From: a virus
Taxonomy: Duplodnaviria > Caudoviricetes
IMG/VR virus record: IMGVR_UViG_3300037067_014415
Span: 21,692-85,691 of that record
Reading direction: 5' to 3' (one strand)
Length of the DNA stretch: 64,000 nt
The notes beneath the pieces are model-generated. The model did no database searches. It was not told where the DNA came from and saw nothing but the letters and a program-made list of their open reading frames with translations. The position numbers were made by a program, and so were the translations under genes. Below are positions 39,798 to 48,813 of this stretch, one piece after another (the first letter of the stretch is position 1; each line of letters begins with the position of its first letter).

Positions 39798-40566
39798 ATT
39801 AGTGGAATATGACTTTAAGCAGGCGGAGGTTTGTGCAATTGCGTGTTATTCGCTTGATCCAGTGTTAGTTGATTATATTACTGATTTGACATCTGATATG
39901 CATAAGGATGTTAGTTTTAGGTTGTTTTTAATGAAAAGAGAGGAGGTGACAAGTAGATTAAGGCAGATAGGGAAAAATAAATTTACATTTTTAGAGTTTT
40001 ATGGTGGATGGTTTAAACAAGCAGCAGAGGGAATTTGGAAGGATTTGATTGAAGAAGATAAACAGCATTTGAAGAAAAAAGGAATAAGACATTTGGATGA
40101 TTTTGTGGGGCATGTTGAGACTGTGGAAAAGTGGTTGTGGAAAAAATTTTGTGTGTATGCTGAATGGCGAAAGGAGACAATAAGAGAGTATTTGAAAAAA
40201 GGATATATTGATCTTTTAACGGGTTTTCGCTGCTATGGGCCTATGAAACGTAATGAAATATTTTCGTACCGTGCTCAAGGCACAGCGTTCCATTGGTTAA
40301 TGTATTGGTATATTCAGGTGTCAAAGAAGTTAAAAGAAAAAAGAATAACAAGGAGTTATTTTTGGGGTGAGATACATGATGCTGCTTTAGGAAATATACA
40401 TCCGGATGATGAAAAAGAGATTGATTATTGGGTATGGTTTTATGGGACACAAGAAATAAGGGAGCATTGGCCGTGGATTAATGTGCCACTATTAATTGAA
40501 AAAGAGAAATCAGAAATTGGTGGTACATGGGCAAAGATGGAAAAATGTGGAGTGTTAAAATTTTAA
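39787..40566 (+). CDS. polA: family A DNA polymerase, C-terminal catalytic part
   Basis: motif A EYDFKQAE, motif B K...FYG, motif C EIHD. Confidence 0.88.
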   Translation: MQNRLVEYDFKQAEVCAIACYSLDPVLVDYITDLTSDMHKDVSFRLFLMKREEVTSRLRQIGKNKFTFLEFYGGWFKQAAEGIWKDLIEEDKQHLKKKGIRHLDDFVGHVETVEKWLWKKFCVYAEWRKETIREYLKKGYIDLLTGFRCYGPMKRNEIFSYRAQGTAFHWLMYWYIQVSKKLKEKRITRSYFWGEIHDAALGNIHPDDEKEIDYWVWFYGTQEIREHWPWINVPLLIEKEKSEIGGTWAKMEKCGVLKF

Positions 40567-40584
40567 AATAAAAGGAGTACGGGT

Positions 40585-41022
40585 ATGAAAGAAAAGACTT
40601 TAGATGAAAAGGTAAATGAATTGAAAATGAAAAACAGTTTTGAGTACATGCACAAAATGAAAAAAAGGATTAACATGGTTAAATCAGTAGTGTTATTTGT
40701 TATATCTTTTGTGTTGTTGTTCGGGTTTGTACATGGGGTGGTGTTTAATAAGGTTGGTGTAGATAATTATGGTGATAATACATTATTATCTGTTCAATCA
40801 ATTTCGTTTGGCAGGTGGCCTTTTTGGTATATGGTTACTGGTGTATTTTTGTTTGGTATAGTTGTGGCATTTGCAATCATGTCCTGGGTGGATAATAAAG
40901 GAATTGATGATACTTTGTTAGATGTTAATTCAGAGTTTGGGTTAAGAGCGGTGATTGCAAATTGTAAGAAGATTTTGAAGGATAAAGGGAGTTGGACAGA
41001 AGAGGATGAAAAGAAGAAGTAA
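40585..41022 (+). CDS. two-TM membrane protein
   Basis: two hydrophobic helices. Confidence 0.6.
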   Translation: MKEKTLDEKVNELKMKNSFEYMHKMKKRINMVKSVVLFVISFVLLFGFVHGVVFNKVGVDNYGDNTLLSVQSISFGRWPFWYMVTGVFLFGIVVAFAIMSWVDNKGIDDTLLDVNSEFGLRAVIANCKKILKDKGSWTEEDEKKK

Positions 41023-41049
41023 ATAAATTTTTAGATAAAGGAGTAAAGT

Positions 41050-41334
41050 GTGAAAAAAGAATTGCCAAAATTTAAGGTGGGGGATGAGGTTATGTGGAGT
41101 AGCCAGGCATCTTCTTTTGAAAAGGTAAAACAAGGTGTTGTAGTTGGTATAGTGCCTAAGGGAGTACATGTACATCGTGGATTTTTGGTAAGGGGAACAG
41201 AGCATTTAATGAAATACAATAAGAGTAGACTTGGTGATGGATATGGACGTGACCATGAATCATATCTGGTGTTGGTGAATGATAAGTACTTGTATTGGCC
41301 AAGAGTTTCACAGTTAAATTTAGTGAGGGTTTAG
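41050..41334 (+). CDS. SH3-like hypothetical protein (paralogue of 56884)
   Basis: FKVGDEV.W...HESYLVLV...YWPRV. Confidence 0.6.
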   Translation: MKKELPKFKVGDEVMWSSQASSFEKVKQGVVVGIVPKGVHVHRGFLVRGTEHLMKYNKSRLGDGYGRDHESYLVLVNDKYLYWPRVSQLNLVRV

Positions 41335-41335
41335 T

Positions 41336-42247
41336 ATGTTTTTGTATGAAAAGCACAGGCCAACTAGTTTTGATCAAATGGTTGGTAGTAAAGAGAATTT
41401 AGAAGCATTAAAAAAAGTGTTTGCAAAGAAAAGTGAAGATAGACCACATGTTTTTCTATTTTGTGGGGATACTGGAACAGGTAAGACAACAGCAGCGAGA
41501 ATTTGTGTAAGTATGCTTGGTGTTCGTAATTCTATTGAGGTTAATGTTGCTGTTGATCGAGGAATTGACTTGTCCAGGAGTATAGAGGAGGATATTAGAA
41601 CGTCTCCATTATTGGATAAATATTGGGTGTATATATTGGATGAAGTGCATGAAATGACCAGGAATTTACAGGAAGCATTATTGAAGTTGTTAGAAGATGT
41701 TCCTGATTATGTGTATTTTTTTCTTTGTACTTCGGAAGAGAAAAAGATATTACCTAAAATTAAGCACCGGTGTGATGTTTATCGATTTGAAGTTTTTCAG
41801 GAGAAGTATATTAAACAGTTAGTAAATAGGGTGTGTAAAAAGGAAAATATTGAGCTCACAGAGAAAGTTTTAACTGTGTTATGTACAAATAGTGACGGTT
41901 CTGCCAGGAAAGCATTAACTTTATTGGAGAATGTATCTAATCTTGATGATGAAAAAAGTCAATTAAGTGTGTTGAAAAGGGATTCTGAGGATCCAGTTGT
42001 TTTGGATTTGTGTAGAAAGTTGTTAAGTAGTGATAAGTGGGAAGAGATTAGTGATATTTTGAAAGGGTTGTCAGAAGAGATTGAAAAGATAAGATATTGT
42101 GTGCTTGGTTATATGGCAGCAGTTATTTTAAAGGGAAGAAATAATAAAGCAGCATTTATAATTGAGTGTTTTTCTACTCCATTTTATAATGTTGGTAAAC
42201 CTGGTCTAGTTTTGGCGTGTTATCAATCTTTTTTTCTAAATAAATAA
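41336..42247 (+). CDS. clamp loader AAA+ ATPase (DnaX/RFC-like)
   Basis: KHRP, GDTGTGKT, LDEVH, ALLKLLED, GSAR. Confidence 0.9.
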   Translation: MFLYEKHRPTSFDQMVGSKENLEALKKVFAKKSEDRPHVFLFCGDTGTGKTTAARICVSMLGVRNSIEVNVAVDRGIDLSRSIEEDIRTSPLLDKYWVYILDEVHEMTRNLQEALLKLLEDVPDYVYFFLCTSEEKKILPKIKHRCDVYRFEVFQEKYIKQLVNRVCKKENIELTEKVLTVLCTNSDGSARKALTLLENVSNLDDEKSQLSVLKRDSEDPVVLDLCRKLLSSDKWEEISDILKGLSEEIEKIRYCVLGYMAAVILKGRNNKAAFIIECFSTPFYNVGKPGLVLACYQSFFLNK

Positions 42248-42316
42248 AAATATTTTGAAAAAAGAGTCGGAATTTGGGTATTTTTTTGTATAATGTTTAT
42301 AAGGAGAATAAAGATT

Positions 42317-42808
42317 ATGAAAGAAAAGGATGGTAAGTTTCCAGTTAATAGGTTTAAGCTGGAAATTGAGTGTGAAAGCCAGCATATGTTGTATCAGGAA
42401 TATTATGATAAAATGTTGGATGCTAAGGCTTTGAAAGATAAGGCAGTGACTTATTTAAGCAAGGTGATAGCTGAAAGGAGTTTGTATTATCAGCAGAACG
42501 CAGATACTGAGCCGAAGATGAAGGGGTTAAAAGCAACAATTCCTACAATTGAGGCATTGGTTGCGTGTGATGAGGGAGTGGTGAAGGCAAAGGATACATT
42601 AACTGAACATCAATTGTGTTTGGGGTGTGCAGAGCGGGATGTAAAAACTTTGGAGCAGCGGTGTAGTATGCTTAAATATTTGGTAATGTTGTTTTCAAAG
42701 GGGTATTATACTGTTGATGGACCAAAGCATTATGATGAATCAACAAATGATAGAATTAGAGATGAACAGAGGGAATCTCTGAATAAAAAAAGAAGGAATA
42801 AGGAGTAG
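42317..42808 (+). CDS. UvsY-like recombination mediator
   Basis: helical protein preceding SSB and RecA; uvsY-like pattern. Confidence 0.55.
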   Translation: MKEKDGKFPVNRFKLEIECESQHMLYQEYYDKMLDAKALKDKAVTYLSKVIAERSLYYQQNADTEPKMKGLKATIPTIEALVACDEGVVKAKDTLTEHQLCLGCAERDVKTLEQRCSMLKYLVMLFSKGYYTVDGPKHYDESTNDRIRDEQRESLNKKRRNKE

Positions 42809-42813
42809 TTTTT

Positions 42814-43851
42814 ATGGCAAGAAAATTGGATCCTGCGAGATATCAGGAACGTTATGATGAAAATGTGCAGGGTGGAACAGTAGTTCAGTTACCGGGTACA
42901 GTGAAGCGATATAAGATGGTTGAAGAAGAAGATGATGGTGAAGGGGAAAATAGAATTGTTATTGTTCCTTTTGTAATTAAGACTGATAGGCATCCGCTGC
43001 TTGCTTTGAATCCAGGAAGATATAAGGTGGGTGATTTGGACTTTGTTTTTTCTGTAATAATTCATAGAAATGTTGGTATTCAGAAGAAAACAATAATTTG
43101 TCCAACAACATATGGAAAAGAGTGTCCGGTGTGTGAACATTTAACTGATCTAAGAGATCAAGGTAAGGAAGAGACAAAAGAGTATAAAAACATTAATAAA
43201 TCGGGTCGTGTTTGGTATAATGTGTATAAGTATTCAAAGAAAAAAGATAGAAAACCAAAATTAGAGGTGCTTGAGGTATCACAATGGCAGTTTGAAAAAG
43301 AGTTGATGAGAGCTGCTAATAAAGCTGGTAAAGGTAGACCTGTGGCATATGCTGACCCGGAAGATGGGAAAGTTGTGTGTTTTAAGGCGGAAAAAATAAA
43401 GACTTATGGGTTTAAGTATAAAGAATTTTCTTTTAAGAAACGGGATAATAATTATGAAGATTCTTTGATTGATGCTGCTATAAGTTTTGATGAGTATGTG
43501 GATAAACTTCTTTCATATGAAGAAATTGCCATGATGTTGTTTGGTAAAAGATCAACAGAGAAAAAGGTGAGTAAAAAAAGAAAAGAAGAGGATGAGGACG
43601 AAGAAGATGAAGAAGATGAGGATGAAGTAGAGGACGAAGAAGATGAAGAAGATGAGGATGAAGAAGATGAAGAAGATGAAGAAGATGAAGTGAAGAAAAA
43701 ACCAGTAGAAAAAAAGAGTAAAAAAGAAGAAGATGTTTGTCCGGAAGGGCATAAATTTGGAATAGATGTAGATAAGAAAAAAGCATGTAAAAAGTGTATT
43801 TTGTGGGATAAGTGTAGTGATGCAAATGCCGCACTGTTAAAAGACGTGTAA
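42814..43851 (+). CDS. single-stranded DNA-binding protein (gp32-like) with acidic tract
   Basis: CPTTYGKECPVC Zn site; long D/E run; C-terminal CP...C..C motif. Confidence 0.75.
   Translation: MARKLDPARYQERYDENVQGGTVVQLPGTVKRYKMVEEEDDGEGENRIVIVPFVIKTDRHPLLALNPGRYKVGDLDFVFSVIIHRNVGIQKKTIICPTTYGKECPVCEHLTDLRDQGKEETKEYKNINKSGRVWYNVYKYSKKKDRKPKLEVLEVSQWQFEKELMRAANKAGKGRPVAYADPEDGKVVCFKAEKIKTYGFKYKEFSFKKRDNNYEDSLIDAAISFDEYVDKLLSYEEIAMMLFGKRSTEKKVSKKRKEEDEDEEDEEDEDEVEDEEDEEDEDEEDEEDEEDEVKKKPVEKKSKKEEDVCPEGHKFGIDVDKKKACKKCILWDKCSDANAALLKDV
43585..43690 (+). repeat. low-complexity GAA/GAT repeat encoding poly-D/E
   Basis: repeated GAAGAAGAT/GAGGAT units. Confidence 0.85.
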
Positions 43852-43865
43852 GGAGAGTAAGCAGC

Positions 43866-44237
43866 ATGGAAGAATGGATTGAACAAAAAAAAGCATTGGC
43901 ATATTTAAAAGAACATGAAATTATCCGAACAGGGAAAGCATTAAATTCTTTCATGCTGCGGAAAGGGAAGGGGGTTTTTGTAAAAAAGGCTAATGATGGG
44001 CACCATTGGGAATACTCTTTTAGTAAATTAAAAGAATATGTTGAATTAGTTAAAAAAGAGACTGAAATGGTTAAGTCTGGTAAATATATGTCAGTGTCCG
44101 ATTTGTCTAATCGTGATGGTGTTGTTAGGATTACAGTGTATCGAAATATAGAAGAATATGAAGTGGATACTGTTCAGATTGGAAAGGCACAATATGTGCT
44201 TATTGAAGAATATGATAAAAAGGTAAAAGGAATTTAA
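43866..44237 (+). CDS. putative DNA-binding protein (tandem HTH-like)
   Basis: YMSVSDLS...RITVYRNI MerR/excisionase-like pattern. Confidence 0.5.
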   Translation: MEEWIEQKKALAYLKEHEIIRTGKALNSFMLRKGKGVFVKKANDGHHWEYSFSKLKEYVELVKKETEMVKSGKYMSVSDLSNRDGVVRITVYRNIEEYEVDTVQIGKAQYVLIEEYDKKVKGI

Positions 44238-44238
44238 T

Positions 44239-45447
44239 ATGGAAGTACGTTATGTAACAGGGTGTGATTTATTGGGTGCTGTTGTGGGTGGTGGTGAGGG
44301 TCAATCAGGGTTTATACCCGGTATTTTAAATATAGTGGGTGATACAGGAACTGCTAAAAGTTTTTTAGCTTGTGAGATAGTTGCGGCTAATTATCATAAA
44401 TATGGTAAGAAGTTTAAGTGGATGTATGATCCTGCAGAAGGAAAAATCAAGATTGATACATTGTCTTTGTATGGCGTTGATATTGTGAAAAAGAAAGAAG
44501 ATGGTGGAGTTCGTTCAAAGACAGTTGAAGACTTTCATTATAATTATCATAATTTTTTGGAGAGTTTAGAAGATGATGAATGTGGTATTTATGTTCTTGA
44601 TTCTCTGGATGGAATCAATAGTGATGCTGCTAGAGCAAGAATGGAAAAGAAGATGCGTTTAATGGATAAAGGAAAAAAACTTGATAAAGGCACCTTTGCA
44701 TTAGAGACTCCAAAGTATTTATCACAGGAATTTTTTAAGAATATTACAAGTGATACAGAAGATAAAGGTTGTTTGTTGATTATAATTTCACAAACAAGAG
44801 ATGCAATTAACGCTATGTTTAAAACGCAGTGTAGAGCTGGTGGAAAAGCATTAGATTTTTATGCCAATTATATTATGTGGCTTGCTTCTATGCACAAGAT
44901 TGTGAAAAATGAGTTAGAAATTGGTAGGGTAATTAAGGCAAAAATGACAAAGACTAGGACTTCTAGGCCGTCTAGGAAGTGTATGTTTCCAGTTATGTAT
45001 GAGATTGGTGTTGATAATATTGGAGCAAATGTTGATTTTTTGTTTGACTTAAGAAGTGTAAAGACTGGAAAGCTTGAAAAGAGTAGTTCTATTGTGTGGG
45101 ATGGCGAAGTAAATACAAAGATTGCAGATGCAACAGTTAAGGAACTTACAAGTTTTTTAAAAGAAGTAAGTGCATATGATGTTTATCGTGAGTTCCTTAT
45201 AAAGAATGAATTGAAATCAACTAAAAAGTCATGTTTGCAGTATATAGAAAGTGAAAAAGGAACTGCTTTTTATGATAAGTTTGAAGAGGTATTTGGAAAG
45301 CAGGGTGTGTCTATGAAACGGGATGAATTGATTCTGTGGATTGAAGAGAGTGCGGAACGAAAGCAGGAGTTAACCAGGCGTGTTTTAGAGAAATGGGAAG
45401 CACGGGAAAAGTCTGTATTGTCAGGAAGAAAGAAAAAATATGAATAG
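44239..45447 (+). CDS. recA: RecA/UvsX-like recombinase
   Basis: TGCDLLGAVVGGG, GDTGTAKS, VLDSLD, GGKALDFYA. Confidence 0.85.
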   Translation: MEVRYVTGCDLLGAVVGGGEGQSGFIPGILNIVGDTGTAKSFLACEIVAANYHKYGKKFKWMYDPAEGKIKIDTLSLYGVDIVKKKEDGGVRSKTVEDFHYNYHNFLESLEDDECGIYVLDSLDGINSDAARARMEKKMRLMDKGKKLDKGTFALETPKYLSQEFFKNITSDTEDKGCLLIIISQTRDAINAMFKTQCRAGGKALDFYANYIMWLASMHKIVKNELEIGRVIKAKMTKTRTSRPSRKCMFPVMYEIGVDNIGANVDFLFDLRSVKTGKLEKSSSIVWDGEVNTKIADATVKELTSFLKEVSAYDVYREFLIKNELKSTKKSCLQYIESEKGTAFYDKFEEVFGKQGVSMKRDELILWIEESAERKQELTRRVLEKWEAREKSVLSGRKKKYE

Positions 45448-45673
45448 GATATCATTAAAAGAAGAAATGAAAGTAAGTGATTCTTCTTTATATAAATTAT
45501 TTTTGTCATTTATGTGTTTGGTTGCAAAAAAAGTTAAAGTGTGTGATATTATTAGAGTGTTAAAGATAAATAAAGACATAGATAAAAATGCTTTAGATTA
45601 TTTTACTTTGGTTGGATTAAATATGTTAGCAGAAGATATTGAAAAGGAAAATAATAAGGAAATAGTGGTATGA
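45440..45673 (+). CDS. hypothetical protein
   Basis: 77 aa ORF. Confidence 0.5.
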   Translation: MNRISLKEEMKVSDSSLYKLFLSFMCLVAKKVKVCDIIRVLKINKDIDKNALDYFTLVGLNMLAEDIEKENNKEIVV

Positions 45674-46188
45674 TTGAATTGAATAATAACGAGATAAGAG
45701 TTGTTTTGAATAGTATGGCAATGCTTAAAGGAAAAGTGTCGGCAGTTACAGATAAAAAGAAGTTTGACAGTTTGCATAAACGATTAAGCAAAGCACTTTA
45801 TCCAATTAAACCACGCAGTTGTAAAGCAAAGGGCCGTAGTTTTCAGCAGTGGGTGTGTAAAGAGATTGGAGAGTTGCTTGGAATTGAGTACAAACAATTA
45901 GATGATCAGTGTGAAATTCATTCCAGGGAAATGGGTTTGAGTGGCAATGATGTGGTTTTAAGAGGTGAGGCATTAAAGAAATTTCCGTTTTCAGTGGAAG
46001 TAAAGAATGTTGAAAAGTTTAATCTTTTGCAGACAATACGGCAGGTGGTGGCAAATCAGTCACAGGGAACTAATTGGATTATTTTTCATAAAAAGAATGG
46101 ATCTGTTCCTATTGTGGTTTTGGAGTGGGAAGTGTTAAAGAATGTTATGGCAGTTAGTTTTAGAAACAAAAACTATACAGGAGTATAG
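45670..46188 (+). CDS. Holliday junction resolvase (PD-(D/E)XK)
   Basis: KAKGRSFQ...D...SVEVKN. Confidence 0.8.
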   Translation: MIELNNNEIRVVLNSMAMLKGKVSAVTDKKKFDSLHKRLSKALYPIKPRSCKAKGRSFQQWVCKEIGELLGIEYKQLDDQCEIHSREMGLSGNDVVLRGEALKKFPFSVEVKNVEKFNLLQTIRQVVANQSQGTNWIIFHKKNGSVPIVVLEWEVLKNVMAVSFRNKNYTGV

Positions 46189-46197
46189 TGTTTGAAT

Positions 46198-46322
46198 AAG
46201 ACACTAGGTATCGGGTGGTCAAAGTAAATAGGTGCCGTAACGTTTGACCGTGAGACATCTATAAGTTGCCAATTGGGAATTAAATAACTTGTTGGTAACT
46301 CCCTGGTTCTGGTGTCTTTTTT
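46198..46322 (+). ncRNA. candidate structured RNA (three-way junction ending in U-tract)
   Basis: closing stem of about 17 bp; inner GGTCAAA/TTTGACC and AGTTGCCAA/TTGGTAACT stems. Confidence 0.55.
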
Positions 46323-46348
46323 GAATTATAATTTAAAAGGAGTGAATA

Positions 46349-47272
46349 ATGGTACGTAAAAGGATTAAGGAAGTTTTAAATAAGAAGTTGAATGATTGGT
46401 TAAAAAGTATTGATGATGGTGTACTGGTAGATAAGATTAGAAAAAGTGTTATTGTTACTGGTGGTGCAATTGTTAATATGTTGTTGGATGAAAAGGTGAA
46501 TGATTTTGATGTTTATTTTAAAGATGGGTATGTTTTGTTGGATGTGGTAAAGCATTATGTGGATAAATTTAATAAAGGAAATGATACTAGTTGTGCAAGA
46601 ATTAAAATAAGTAATGAAAAGGAAAGTATTTTTTTTATTGATGGTTGTAGTGTGGCAGAAGCAAACAGTTTATTGTTTAATGGTGCACATGTTAGTGTTT
46701 ATGTTAAAAGTAGTGGTGTTGCTGGAAACATGTATGGTGCTTTAGAAGATGCGGATGAGATTAGTGAAGATGATTTAGAAAAGGATGGTGAGAAATATCA
46801 ACCTGTTTATTTGTCATCAAATGCAATAACATTATCAAATAAGATTCAGTTAGTTCTTCGGTTCTTTGGGGAGCCGGAGGAAATACATAAGAATTTTGAT
46901 TTTGTTCATTGCACTTGTTATTGGACTTCTTGGGATAATCAATTGGTACTTCCCGCAGAGGCATTAGAGGCGATTATTAATAAGCAGTTGGTGTTTTGTG
47001 GAAGTAAGTACCCAATATGTTCTATATTACGGATGAGAAAGTTTATTAAAAGAGGATTTAATATTAATGCAGGACAGGTGTTGAAGATATGTATGGCAAT
47101 GTCAAAGTTAGATTTATGTAGTATTAGTGTGTTGAATGATCAATTAACCGGGGTGGATTCTAGTTATTTTTCTATGTTGATTGATGCTTTGCAAAAGAAA
47201 AAAGAAGAAGATAGTTCTTTTAATTTTGGTGCTGAGTATGTAACTACAATAGTTGATAGGATATTTGGATGA
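46349..47272 (+). CDS. nucleotidyltransferase (CCA/poly(A) polymerase head-like)
   Basis: TGGAI...NDFDVYF and FDFVHC motifs. Confidence 0.65.
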   Translation: MVRKRIKEVLNKKLNDWLKSIDDGVLVDKIRKSVIVTGGAIVNMLLDEKVNDFDVYFKDGYVLLDVVKHYVDKFNKGNDTSCARIKISNEKESIFFIDGCSVAEANSLLFNGAHVSVYVKSSGVAGNMYGALEDADEISEDDLEKDGEKYQPVYLSSNAITLSNKIQLVLRFFGEPEEIHKNFDFVHCTCYWTSWDNQLVLPAEALEAIINKQLVFCGSKYPICSILRMRKFIKRGFNINAGQVLKICMAMSKLDLCSISVLNDQLTGVDSSYFSMLIDALQKKKEEDSSFNFGAEYVTTIVDRIFG

Positions 47273-47793
47273 AAGATATAATGCTTGATTTGGAAACTAT
47301 GAGTACAGGCAGTTATGCCGCTATAATTTCGATAGGTGCTGTTTATTTTGATGGAGATAAGCTAGGGCAGCGGTTTTATGAGACTGTTTCTTTAGAATCA
47401 GTAATGGCAGCAAAGTTTAGTATTGATGCTTCCACTATATTATGGTGGATGCGACAGTCAGATGAGGCAAGGAAAGAATTTGGTAAAAGTAATAAATCAA
47501 TTATGATTGTTTTGGATGAATTTTCTAGTTTTTGTAAAAAGCGGGATAATGTTAGAATTTGGGGTAATGGTTCTGATTTTGATAATGTAATTTTAGGGAA
47601 TGCGTATAGAGTTTTTAAAATGGATATTCCTTGGAAGTATACAAATAATAGATGTTTCAGGACTGTAAAGAACATTCACCCATTAAAAATATATCCGGAT
47701 ACACATAACGCGCATAATGCATTATCAGATGCTGTGTGGCAAGCAGAATGTTTGATTGAAATTGTGAAAACATACAAATTTGATTTGAATTAG
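47269..47793 (+). CDS. DEDD 3'-5' exo(ribo)nuclease
   Basis: DLET, WGNGSDFD, HNALSDA. Confidence 0.85.
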   Translation: MKDIMLDLETMSTGSYAAIISIGAVYFDGDKLGQRFYETVSLESVMAAKFSIDASTILWWMRQSDEARKEFGKSNKSIMIVLDEFSSFCKKRDNVRIWGNGSDFDNVILGNAYRVFKMDIPWKYTNNRCFRTVKNIHPLKIYPDTHNAHNALSDAVWQAECLIEIVKTYKFDLN

Positions 47794-47800
47794 AGGGAGT

Positions 47801-48284
47801 ATGGAAGAAAAAGAAGTAGTTGTTTGTAAAGGGTGTGGTTATTTATTAGGTGCAGGGAATAATTTTTGTTTGTTTAAGGCTGAATTTGTAAATAAATCTA
47901 CGTATGTAAAAATTATAAATAGGTTTGACGTAAAGGGAGTGGTGTCTGCAGCAAGGCAGAATGTGAGGAACAATTGTAAGAATAAGAAGTCGATTGTTCC
48001 TTTTTATGTTTTTCAGATAAAGCGTTGGATTAGTAAAAAGGTGAGAAAGGAATTAAGAAGTGTCAAAAAAAGTAGTAAAAAAGAAAGATGATAAAATAAA
48101 AGTATACGATATTTCAGGTGAAATTAATATTGAATGTACCACAGTCATATCAAATGTAAAGAATGATATATGTACATCATCTGGAATTAATGTTGTCCTT
48201 ATGGAAGGAAAAAAGAATAAAACACGATTATTTAGGCTTAATGAAAATCAATTAAAACAGTTGTATTCATGGTTGGTGATGTAG
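47801..48284 (+). other. two small hypothetical ORFs (47801, 48060)
   Basis: + strand ORFs of 96 and 74 aa. Confidence 0.55.
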
Positions 48285-48285
48285 T

Positions 48286-48813
48286 ATGGATGTGGATGCT
48301 CTTATTGGTGGGTATATTGATGAAGATGTGGATTTGCCAGATATTAAAGATAATAGAATTGCTAGTTTTGCATTTCGATATGCAGTTGAGTTTAAAAAAA
48401 CTAGAGGTGTATGGGCATCAGAGTATGGAGTACATAAACATACAATAGATATGTGGCTTGCTAGAAAAGATGTTCGGGAATTTATATTTTGTATTCGTGT
48501 AAATCAGCGAAAAAAAATGAATGTGGTTGCACAAAGAATGAAAGAGCAGCCACTTATAAAGTTATTGGAATTGTTGGAAAAACCAGTTGATAATGCACAA
48601 ATGGCAGAAGTTGTTAGAAAGACAGCTGGTGATTGTTTGCGAATAGTAGTAAAAGGAAAACTACCATTAGATGAGAATGAAGAGCGTTTAGTGAGTGTTA
48701 ATGTAACAAATAATAATCAAGTACAGGCAGTTTCGGAATCTAATGTCTCAGTGGAGGAATTAAAACGTAGGGTTCAGGAGATAGAACTATTGGAGCAAAT
48801 TGTTGATGGATAA
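48286..48813 (+). CDS. terminase small subunit (putative)
   Basis: HTH-like N-terminus plus coiled coil directly before the large subunit. Confidence 0.55.
   Translation: MDVDALIGGYIDEDVDLPDIKDNRIASFAFRYAVEFKKTRGVWASEYGVHKHTIDMWLARKDVREFIFCIRVNQRKKMNVVAQRMKEQPLIKLLELLEKPVDNAQMAEVVRKTAGDCLRIVVKGKLPLDENEERLVSVNVTNNNQVQAVSESNVSVEELKRRVQEIELLEQIVDG

Noticed and set aside
39760-39830. Group I intron in the polymerase gene
   Set aside because: There is no intervening sequence; the two ORFs overlap by 11 nt
42266-42294. TATAAT boxes before uvsY (42289), the NTase (about 46327) and the portal (53188) as a phage late-promoter class
   Set aside because: No shared flanking motif, and TATAAT is frequent by chance in such AT-rich DNA
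46198-46322. tRNA or tmRNA identity for the structured elements
   Set aside because: No T-loop GTTCRA, no cloverleaf and no CCA end recognisable; kept only as unknown structured RNA
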